Positions 53,260-64,000 of a DNA stretch of 64,000 nt are shown piece by piece (position 1 is the first letter of the stretch; each line of letters starts with the position of its first letter). The notes beneath the pieces are model-generated. The model was not told the origin of the DNA. It was given only the letters and a program-made list of their open reading frames with translations, and ran no database searches. The translations under genes and the position numbers were made by a program. The stretch covers positions 6,138,001 through 6,202,000 of the forward strand of contig OZ316776.1 in NCBI GenBank assembly GCA_973851085.1, read 5' to 3'. This stretch comes from Ptychomitrium polyphyllum. Lineage: Eukaryota.

Positions 53260-56200
53260 TTAGATCGAGACATGTTGATCTCGGGGGGAGACGAGCCTGC
53301 GGGGATCATCGAGATGCCATCTGCACACTGCAACAGTTGGAAAATCTCCTTTAGTCACAACTTCGTCAGAAGAATTTCGAGATCAAGCTAGAGCCAGCCT
53401 CTGTGATTGATGACTAGCATACTTAAGACTTTCACCATCTCGATTAAATTGAATAAGAATTCAAGCGGCTTCAACCTGCACATAACTCACCTTCCGGGAA
53501 GAATGGTTGATGGCTCCCGAAGACTCCTCTGGCTCCGTAACGACGTCGAGCGCCAATGTTGACCAGGATCTGAGTCCAACACTTCGGCAGCAGGTTTCGG
53601 CTCACTGTGTCGTGCAATCTTCAACGCCCCGACGTCATCTTGTTGCCAGAACACTTCCACCATCATGCCATTTGGAGCAAGCTCTGAAACCGAGTCTGGT
53701 ATTCTCACTTGCTGTGCTCCAACAGGCACCTGGCCAAACGTGCAGAAATCAACAAATTAGGCTTACACTTGCTCTTCTGTGAGCGGAAGAGCTACGAAGA
53801 GAACAACACAATGAAACAAGCAACGGAATAGCATCATAACGAGTTTCTTGCCTGCAAGGCTTTTCCGTTCACAGTCAACGTTTCAAACCGGCCTTCAGCG
53901 GCAGCATTTTCCAAATCTGCCTGCCTGGAGATGGTCAGAAAAACTTCCTCCAAGGTCGTGAGACCTAGTTGCAGGTCCGAAACTCCCAGCTCCGCCTTCC
54001 TGTCTTCCAACAACTTGAAAAAGCCCTAAACACCATACCACCAATACTCACGTGAGAATCCATAAGAACACTCAACACAGAATCGAATTAACCACAAGCA
54101 TGATTCGGAGAACAGTTTTCGATCATTTTTCTCCAGCAAGACGGAAGAGAACTGACTCACCGGCAGTTGTGCTTCTTTCTCCCGTGGAATGATAAACGTA
54201 ATGTACGCCTTGTTCTCGTCAGTTGGGACGAGCTCGAGCTGCTCTGCAAAGAAATTCTTCACCCCTATCCTGCGGACTTCCTCCCGAGCAGCTTCCCCAG
54301 GTTGCTGCAAGCCATCTTCTCTTCTCACACTGACGTTCACAAGGTAACCGGCACCGAACTTCGTCTTCAAATGGATCGGTGTCCCAATGCAACGCAGCTT
54401 CCCACGAGCCATGATTGCCACACGGTCGCCGAGAATATCAGCTTCTTCCATGGAATGAGTGGTCAGCACTATTGCCCTTCCCTTTTTGGACGCCTCGATG
54501 ATGTCCCATACATGCCTCCGAGTGACGGGATCCATGCCGGTTGTCTACATTCCCCACATCCAGCATGCCCAGAGAGTCAGTAAGAGTATAAAGTTCAAAA
54601 GATGAGAACTCAAAGTTGCTTACCAATATGAGAGCAGTGTGATCACAAAGAATGAGGTTCTTACAGGCTCATCGAGGTAGACAATTTTGGGGTCGCCGAT
54701 GAGAGCAATGGCAACACTTAATCGTCTCTTCATGCCCCCACTGTAGCTTCCTGCTCTCACATTCCCTGCCTCTGTGAGCTTCACCTGCTCCAGAAGCTGG
54801 CTTGTCCCCTGTTATTACATCAAGATTTCACCTGATGAGTCCGTAGCGTACCCAAGGATGAACTAGCTCTCATTCATATTCAGGCATACAATGCAATTCA
54901 GGTCCAGTAAATGAGAAGGTTTGGCTGAAATGAGAAGGACTACTGTACAACTACTTACTGCTTTGTAATTAACAAGCACTAGTGGAAGACAAGCATTCGA
55001 CTATGAGTGTGTCAGTGTCATTAGATGTTTGATACTTACGGTTTTTATTTCTGATGATGGCAAGCCTTTGATGGACCCAAATAGGTGAAGATGCTCACGT
55101 GCGGTCAGTGCTTCCCATAGTACATCAAACTGATTCAAAGAGAAAGATTCAGTGTTAGAATAGGAGTAGTCCCAGACTGAGATCTCACTAACGAAGCAAG
55201 CTATTACGGAAGGGAAATCAGGTGAGATGTGAATTCAAATAGTGAGTGCATAAAAGGATTATGCACCTGGGGGCAGACACCCATGTTTTTGCATATGTTT
55301 GCGACACCTGAAGTGCTTCTTATAGACTCTCCATACACCAATGCTGCAACACAAAAAATAAACAAATAAAATAACATCCATGAGTGAAAGAGGAACTGTA
55401 GAAGCCAAGCTCTGAAATGATGTTGAAAATAATAGTTAAAGTTCTTGAACCACCGAATGATCTCTATCATGAAAACTTCAACTTAAGAGCTTAGTATACT
55501 CAAGGAATACGAAATTATTCAAGAACAAGTTCCAGCCCGCAACAATAGAAAGCAATTTCAAGGTGTTAAAAATTTTAAGGCTTACCATCACCAGACGATG
55601 TAGGGATGGTGCCAGTAAGGCAATTAATAGTAGTTGTCTTGCCTGCACCATTGGGCCCCAATAAACAAAACAGCTTATCCTTCTCAATGTTGAACCAAGA
55701 TCCCTGCAAAAAGGACGGAACAAGCAAACGAAGCAAAAAGGAATCGATTACAAGCATTCAAAATTATGTTGCTCACAACGGCAATTTCTTATCATACCCA
55801 GACGGTGGCGATCTTTCTGCCTGAACTACAAGAAAGAAATTCTGTCAAAGGTAAAAGACCACAACATGTGTTGCAGAAAGAGAAATTTGCTTAAAGTGAA
55901 GAAATGAGCCAAACCTTGACAGCATGATACGGCTTCGTCGACTTCAACCGACATCCAACACATTTGTGAGAGCCAGGGTAGGTCTTCACCAGCCCTTGCA
56001 CATGCACTGCCACATTTGGGTCCTGCAATCCAAAAAGAACATCCGGCACCTCAATAAGCTAGACTTTTTTCCACGTGCATACCGTCAGATAATCTTCAAA
56101 AGTTACTTGTACAGAAATACTGATCCTATCTGATTACAAATAGCGTGTACAAAACCAGGCACCAAACTAGCACCTTATATCCATTTTCCTTCTGTTCCTT

Positions 56201-59200
56201 CACGAGAATTGCTTCAGTTGCAACGTCTGGGTCATCATACTCTTCAGCCTCGGGAGGTGGAATCGACCCGGAGCAGTTGCAGCAACGACCACCTGAGGTA
56301 CAGATACGACCTTAGGATTAACAAAAATATATTTTTCCACTGATGATTTCAGTAACTAAACATAAGAATAGGTAAAAAAATCTTCCCTTTTTTCAAAAGA
56401 AACAATACCGCAGCTCAAGACATGAAAGGGAATGGTACAAGCGATTCAGACAAAACCAGTCAGGGAAGATTACCTTCGAAGAGTTTCACCCCCTTTCCAA
56501 GCCAAAAGGATGGGGATAGAAAATAGAAGCAGGGCTTACGCACCCCGTTGACATCTGGAAATACGTTGTCGAAGTAGATTGCCAACACGAACCAGATAAA
56601 GAAGGTGGCAATTAACCAGCCATAAATATCATTCTATACCATCCAAAAGCAGAAGATGTCAGCAACTTGTTTAATTTAAAAGGTTGCAAATGAACGAAGA
56701 GCTGGAATGAATGAAAAATAAACAACGAAGAGGTCTACTTAAGATACAAAGCTTCATGTGTTAAGATGCAATACGGGTAAGAAACGAAAAGTGTACCATC
56801 GTCAAGACACAATCTTCGCTTCGGTAAGAACATTTAGCCCTATCTTTCCATTTAATTCCTGGATCTTGCGCAGTAGATGTGGCAAGTCCAAGATAGTTAA
56901 GAGCAGCTGCGAACACGTTTGGTGGAAACAAAGACCAGATACTCCGGAGTGCCTTGGAGAATTTTTTGTCATAGGGGAAGCCAAAAATAGTCACAAGCTG
57001 CAAAAAAAAGCACAAGAGAAAGACCCCTTTTCAGAAAAAGAATTCTCAAACCTTCTATTGGGAAAAACTGCACAAAAGATCGCTTGATGGAGTACATACA
57101 AATCCAAAGACGTTAGCGAGCAGAAGCTTAAGGTATATAATGGTCTGTCAAGAAACCTGTGTGAGGAAACCGATGATGAAGACGAAGAAACCCACATTCG
57201 TAGCCGATGTGGACTTGCTCACGAAAGTGGAGACCATGAAAGCCAGTCCAATCTGCAGTAAACAAACCAGAAGTAAGAACTAAATTTCCAGATACAAATG
57301 TGTACAGACCTCATACTAGACTTAGTCCAATTCAAAATACTTGACACGAAGAAATGATGAGAAAAGAGACGAGAGCTTAAGAATTCTTAGAATAGGAACA
57401 TGAATGTGTCATTCGGAGGAAGGGAGGTTTACCATGTTCAGCTGAAATAAGAAAAACAAGAAGAAGAGGATGCCAAAGTTGTTGTTGAGAAAAAAGTTGA
57501 ATTGAAACATCATGCCAAAGAGGACGAGTAGGAGGGACGATATGAACACCAAGACTATCTCCCATACGAGCCATGTAATCCAGTACGCCGAGTCTATGAG
57601 TCCCATGGTTGACATCATCTGCATTTCACCACATTCAAGCCACCACTCTCAGACTATTCTCCAGTAAACACCAGCATCATATGAAAGTGTGAGCCACAAG
57701 CGAGAGCCGCTTAGGGCGGAAAAGAGTATGTTGATGAGCAGAGGTAGGGCAAAGCACCTGTCTCAACCGGAGTTCCTTCTCTGTCACCAGATTGCTCAAT
57801 TGAATCACAAAACCAAACATAGTTGCTGCCAGCAGAAACGCAGGCCCAACTCTTCCGACCACTGAAGCTGCGTTGATTGCTGGATGGGCAAACTGAGAGA
57901 ATGCCACGCTCCATTGAAGATTTTGATCTGCCACCCATGGAAACAGCATCGTCAAAACTTAACATCAAAGTTAAAAATGTTCAAAAAATGTTAAAAGATG
58001 AATCTAGAATCCAGACTCACCTCCTGACACAAGGCGTGCTATTTCCCGCTCGGCAGCCACTTGCAGGGGAATTTGATAAGTGAAGTTGGGGTCTTCAAAC
58101 CGTCCATGGTCTCCCGTTGCAGTGGAGTTCGTTTGAATCCCATAGGCTATGGTAGAGCCCCTCTCTTCAAAATACAAAGTTCCCGTGCACTGCATGGGAT
58201 TCGCCAGCAGCCATTGATCCGATTGTTGGGGCGTATCAAAATGCTTAACCTGACACCAAACACGAAAGAAATAAGGTTACTTTTGGCTTCAATCCAGCGG
58301 TCGCTCAACTTTCAAAAATTGATAAAGCATAAAATACAATCAATCTCTGTGCAATGATGTTGCCCCATTCTCACCTTGCCCTCTGGAATCTTACGGTTGG
58401 GGTTGTTGTTCCTGATGTTGTTAACCAGCGAGAGAAGACGAGGGGTTTGCGTCCCAATCCAGATGAAATCAAAGCAGTTCTGCTTGATGTAGAACCCATC
58501 CTCACACGCGGGAATCGCAGGAACAGATTCAGGAGTTGGGTTGAAGAGATTCTTGTAGTTGGTCGTGCTTCTTTGCAGTGCTTTACTCGAGAGGTCCACA
58601 CAGAAAATAAGGAAGATGAAAAACAGGGACGATCCCAGTTGAAGCACTGCAACGCCCAAACCAGTTCCTCACCCATTATCAGCAACAACAAGTACCAAAG
58701 TCCACAGAAACAACCACCTCGTAACCGTAACACAAACTTCTGCTTTGAGGCTAATCCTCCAAAACGTAATCTGTCGGTATTACGCGACTCGGATTCTTGG
58801 TGACACATTCGAGATGCCATTACATATGAATGTATGATTTAAGAGACAAAGAGAAAGCGGTTGCAAAGGGAAACCAGAAGAGGGTCTCGGGAGATATGAA
58901 AAGCACCGCACACGACGAATGGCAGTGGCTGCATCGGCGTGCATTAATGAACTAGATCACGGGTTGCATTGAGAGGTTAAATTGAAGTAAATAAGATCAC
59001 ACCACCATCCGCATGGCTTTCGTTTTATAAATGTTGTTCATCGACCTCCGAGTCAGAGTATCACGGATCTAAACTCGTGTTGCAGCTTTCCAGCGGGAAA
59101 AAAATAGGTTAAGCTGTATAAGTCGTCGCGATTCGAGACAGCGGACAGAAAATGTTACGTGAGAGAGAGACAGAGAGATAGAGAGAGAGAGGTGCTCACC

Positions 59201-59338
59201 TGTGGCGCGCAAATTGCGTCTCGATAACAGAAAATTCTTGTAGAACAGAGCTTTGCATTGCTGTGCGAAATTCGGCCACCCTGCTTTCGTATGCGAACTG
59301 TTTGACTTCGTCGCCAACGACGACTCCTCCTCCGCCAT
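53260..59338 (-). CDS. ABCA: Half-size ABC transporter, subfamily A (ABCA2/ATH-like)
   Basis: [14 protein letters not shown] at the N-terminus, [11 protein letters not shown], Walker [10 protein letters not shown], signature YSGGMKRR, Walker [34 protein letters not shown]. Eighteen exons join in frame, with one GC-AG intron. Confidence 0.95.
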
Positions 59339-62300
59339 CCTCCAATCCTCTCCCTCTTCCACTCAAACGATTGGATCCTCAACCAGAAAAAACATCGACC
59401 TGGTAAATTTCACAGCTGAACTACCCCAACCACAAGCCTCCCTACACCTACAACTTTCACCAAGTCAAAAACCCAATCCCAACCAAACTTCAACGTCAAA
59501 ACTCCCGGAATCTGCACTCCCCACACCACCACACCCCACACTTCAAAACACGAAACACAAATCCAACCAAAAACAACCCCGACACACAAACCACTTCAAA
59601 TTCAACAAAACCAAATGCACAGCAGAGCAACAAAAACCCCACCTTTGGAATCACTTCATAACCAAAACACAAAATCCGAACTGCTCACCCCACCGACTAA
59701 CAGTGACCCACACAACGACCACCCCACCTCACTCCTGATGGTCTATCAGCCGCTGTGTACGTCCCAAGGCTTCCATCACGCCGAATCTATATACTAACTA
59801 TGTGGCCCTCAACCCGGGATTGAACAGTAACGAAGTTTGCAACCAACCAGCCGCATCGTAGTAACCTGGAAGCAGTGAGGAAAAACCGAAAAGGGCAGTC
59901 GCCACGCGCACATCCGGAGTCACTGCAAGTCCGGCATCCTCACATCCACGAGAGCGTTGGTTTGGTAGAATCTCCTGCCTTCTTCCAAGCTCTGTTATAT
60001 GAAGATGTGTGGATGAAGACGGCCGTTTTCTCAGGACCTTCGTGCCTTCGCCTTGTTGTCAAACCGAGGAACGATGGCGGAAACTTAACCGCCGGCTGGT
60101 TCACGCTCCGGGAAACTGTGGCTTTTGGACGTCAGTTGCAATAGATTAATTCACATGAGGTTGATTCTCGCTTCCTAGACCGCTATGTAGTCAAATCAAA
60201 GAAAGCAAAAAGCTCAGTGCAGCGAGGAATCTCGCGTGATGGACATCGATGGCTGCGTGGGCATCGGAGGTGAGCGATTCACTCAGTGGTTGTTTGTGCC
60301 AATTCGGTGCAGGTGGGTCCTGGCACCTGGAACTGTATTGCATTCCGAAAACCACTACTCCTTGTTGTGGATTTTGTGTCACTGGATGACGATGGACGTG
60401 CCCGATTTTCGCATCAGTGATGGGAAACTAGAAACAGAACACCGGAGGAGTTTGTTTGGGTCATTGAGTTGACTGTATGAGTCTGCATGCGTGCACAGTG
60501 TGTGTTGCAGCAACGCTTTGTGAATGGATGACTTGTTTTTCTTTTCGTTTTCTGAAACACATGAAAATGTTTTTATTGTTTAGGGCTTAGGGTCCTGGAA
60601 ACAAACAGGACAGCCTCTTCTTTCATGTTTTAATTGTAGTCGGGTTACGCGACTAGGAGAATTCGATTGTAGCAAGAGTGGCGACGAACAATATTTTCAT
60701 CTGAACTTGTGTCCTGTTCTTTATCCATATATGTACTTCTTCCATATGTACTTCTTCCATGTGAACGTGCAGTTTTTATCCAAGTTTGGCAAATGGTAAA
60801 AAGGAGTCTCCAGAAGGAGAGGTTTTGAGTTTTGAATTTTTTTGTTATTCTAAGAATAGCTCTCTAAAAAACTGAAGTTCTTGAAAGATTCACCAAACAA
60901 CCTCCAAGGCTTTTTCCATTAGAGGATAACTCTTCGACAACAAATTCTATGGTAGTCTTGTTACAATTTGCCAAAACTAAGGAGGCGTGAAAGAGGACAA
61001 TTCATGAGATAGAAATGTATAATACAACCAGCAACTCACAGAACCAAACAAGGTTTTCTTCCCGGTGAGAGAAGGCCCAAGCCTCCTGAGAATTTGGGAG
61101 TTTTTGCTGTCAAAGTGACAGTTACCAAGGCATATTAGATAGCACTGATTTTCATCCTGCTACATCTGCACTAAATTATTCAAAGTGAGGGGAATGGGTG
61201 CCAACTTGACCTCCACGAGTTGGCTCAATGCTTCAAAGCGAAACTGCATTCAGGAGAGGTTTTACTTGTCATTTTTATTCCTTCGAAGTGACACTCATGT
61301 AGGACAATCAAGCTGCAGGATTAGGCTTTTCTAGTCAGCAAGGGACTACTTTATTACACTTCAGTACACCACGAAATTTATGTGTTAACTTTCCCAGCAT
61401 ACTATAACTTAAGATCTTTCTATCTGTGTTAAAACCAACAAAAATATGTTCCTGAAAATAGAACATGCAAGGAAGCCTCACACGCAAGTACAATGTACTT
61501 TCTGAACGGATCCCAACAGTCTGGGTGGCCACAAATCAGGGTCCACCCACTTTGCTGAGATGTGTGAACGGAGGACCTACTTTAACCAATTATTATAGTA
61601 CATGGAAAATCATGGTTTTGAAAAGCCTAGACTACCGACTACCGAGTCTCCGTCTTGCATACCGACCAATTCTCCGGCTAGTGACGCTCGAATGTTCCTC
61701 CTCTCTTGAAGTTTGTAAGCAGTTGCTTCTTCGGAGATCTTTATCATTACGATTTCATAGCACAGGTGGTTGACCTTCGAATCCAAGTTCACTCTCAGGA
61801 AGCTGATCCAGGAATGCTTTCCGATTGGCTCTCCAATTGTAAGGATTGCATCGGTTGCTCTAACAACAAAAGGTGAGCATACTTTCATCTCATCTCCTTT
61901 GCAGTGCCTTTGATGAACATGTCAACAGTTGCTTTGCCTTCCACGAAAGATAGAATGGCATTGTTTCTACAGTGCATCGTTATGTAAAAGGCAGACTGCA
62001 CTGATACATCGTGCACACATAACCTAAGAATGAGAACCTATTTTCTTGACCGAGTAGACCATAATCGTATTTTTTCATAAAATATTCTTCTTTCTGAACC
62101 GACAAGTGCTTCAGAAATTCATGTTCCTGAATTAGCTGCGGAAATCAAATGCCATTTCTACACTCAAGCTGCACATTTCTAAATGCATTGAGTCCATAAT
62201 CTCACTTCCATTTCACCTCAATCACAGATTGTCAAGCACTACAATAATTCAACAGAGAGCTCCTGGGAGAACTTTGAGAAGATTCAAGTAACTTTGCTGA

Positions 62301-62364
62301 CGTGGGTCAAGTGGTCGAATTTGATCACAACATCTAAGTTAGTTATCTAACTTAGTTATCTAAG

Positions 62365-63496
62365 TTAAGCAAGATTACCATAAAGGTGACGTTGGAGTAT
62401 AGGACCAACTATCGCAGGTGAGCTGAGTTGTGGTAAGTGACCCTCTGTCTGCATCACCTCAACAATGGTGGGCCCGCCTAGTCTTTGGTGAAGGTAGTCC
62501 GACACAATCACTGGAACTGCTAGATCTTTAGAGCTTTGCAAGATGTGACAAGGCACAGTTACCTGCAACACGATCATAGTATCCAGCAATGATTAAAAGG
62601 GCAAACTAGACCATAAATTAATGCAGCTGCATTCCTCAAGTCATTGACAGAATTGAAAGATATGAAATCGTAAACGAGTTGAAGCATGCCTTGGGAAGCA
62701 TATTTCGCAGATCACTTTGAAAGATGGTTTTCGCCACACTGAAGGCAATGTCAGGCCGAACGTTGAAAAGCGTTCGACTGAACTCCTGCACTGCCATGGA
62801 TTCTATGTCCGCACCTACTACCAAGGGAGCAAATCCTGAGACCCAGGCCTTGAAGTTCGATTGCATAGCTCGGAATAGCTGGTTAAGATCTTCTTGCTCA
62901 AATCCTCCAAAATAATCTCTGTCGTTTAGGTACCTGGGCAAAATAATTTGCCATATTAGGATGATGAAGGTGGTACTTCACTTGCTTGTTATAACAGGAA
63001 CCTGTGCATCGTGTTGCACATATAATGACGAATGTGAACATGCATTAAGATTCCAGATGTTCACAATTACTTTTCAAAATAGAAGAGAAAACTGAGAGGT
63101 AAGGAATAACATAAATCATCACCATGAGGTAGTACCTAGGAGAAGCAGAAATCATAATTATTTTTGAAAAGATGTTTGGCCGATCAAGGGAAGCAAGGCA
63201 TCCAACCATACCAGCCACCGAGTGTCCAACGTACATGCAAGTAGTGATCTCAAGCTCTGTCAGGATTGCAAGGACGTCTTCTGCGTAACCATGTAGAGAA
63301 GAATATCTCGAGAAGCTGAAGTAATTCGGATCTGTTGTGCCAGCACCCATGTTGTCAAACAAGATCACTCGGTAGTCGTCGATGACGTGAGGAAGAACAT
63401 TTTGCCAGACCGATTGGTCGGTACCAAATCCATGAGCAAGAACCACCAGCTCTTGGCCATTGCCAACCACTCCAGAATGGTCTGTGCCGTACACAT
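62365..63496 (-). pseudogene. KAI2L: KAI2-like alpha/beta hydrolase (karrikin/strigolactone receptor family) with apparent N-terminal frameshift
   Basis: [28 protein letters not shown] (Ser), ASPR/YLND, KDLAVP (Asp), [10 protein letters not shown] (His). Exons approx. 63496-63136, 62932-62690, 62562-62365. The ATG at 63496 is out of frame with the body and the second donor is GC. Family call is secure; pseudogene status is inferred. Confidence 0.8.
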
Positions 63497-64000
63497 GACC
63501 TAATTCTGAACCTTATCTCCAGAAGATTGGCAATACTAGTATCCACAGGTTCCAAGTAACATTTCCTGCACAGATAATTAAACACTGTGGACGTAGGGAA
63601 TTCAACTGGAGATCTCACCCGCAAACAATAATTCCTGATCGAAAAGAGTACCCGATCAGTAGCAGCAGCGCATTAGAAGTGATCATAGTGCATTCACGAT
63701 TCAAGAATCTTCTTGGAAACATGATGCAGGCACCACGGTAAACCCTAATATCTGAAGCTACTACTCTCCTCCTGGCATTCTCAACGGCGCTGCAGTTACA
63801 AATTGATAACTGACAGCTTCCTTCATTCTATCTGGATTGCTAACAGGGACACCAAGCACAACCTCTAAGGATAACTTGAACCACATCGATCGATTATGTA
63901 ACTCTTAATCTGTGCTGGTCAAGAAACTTACGTCTGAGAGGTTTGATATTCGGGCTGATCATACTTCAAAAAGTACATAATTACCATCATGCATGGGCAC

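Noticed and set aside
59875..61888. Short ORFs between ABCA and KAI2-like
   Set aside because: No family motifs or consistent exon chain. A lncRNA cannot be excluded without expression data.
62334..62366. 9-bp hairpin and 14-bp tandem repeat just after the KAI2-like stop
   Set aside because: Short, AT-rich and explainable by local slippage. Not a terminator in a eukaryotic context.

Overview
Eukaryotic, intron-rich plant DNA. Gene content and repeat style suggest a moss such as Physcomitrium (inference). The first ~23 kb is transposon-rich and has no intact host gene. It holds the 3' part of a decayed Ty3/Gypsy chromovirus with its 3' LTR (1-4465), very AT-rich decayed DNA, a GC-richer island without long ORFs (~9.6-14.9 kb), an older Gypsy element with both LTRs (~16.3-20.9 kb) and a solo LTR-like sequence (~22.4-22.9 kb). 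The remainder is gene-dense: HslV/ClpQ protease (+), an LHT-type amino acid transporter (+), a degenerate DEAD-box-like protein (+), augmin subunit 5 (-), a folate-biopterin transporter with a decayed 3' end (-), a half-size ABCA transporter (-) and a KAI2-like hydrolase with an apparent N-terminal frameshift (-). The most notable observations are: a cryptic ~222-codon extra ORF coupled to the retroelement pol stop by a TGATG stop-start overlap; a required 5-nt microexon in HslV; LTR-borne heat-shock elements, one just upstream of HslV; two lesions in KAI2-like; and a non-coding island with a 20-bp inverted repeat and many TCP motifs. All exon boundaries were read by eye and no searches were run.
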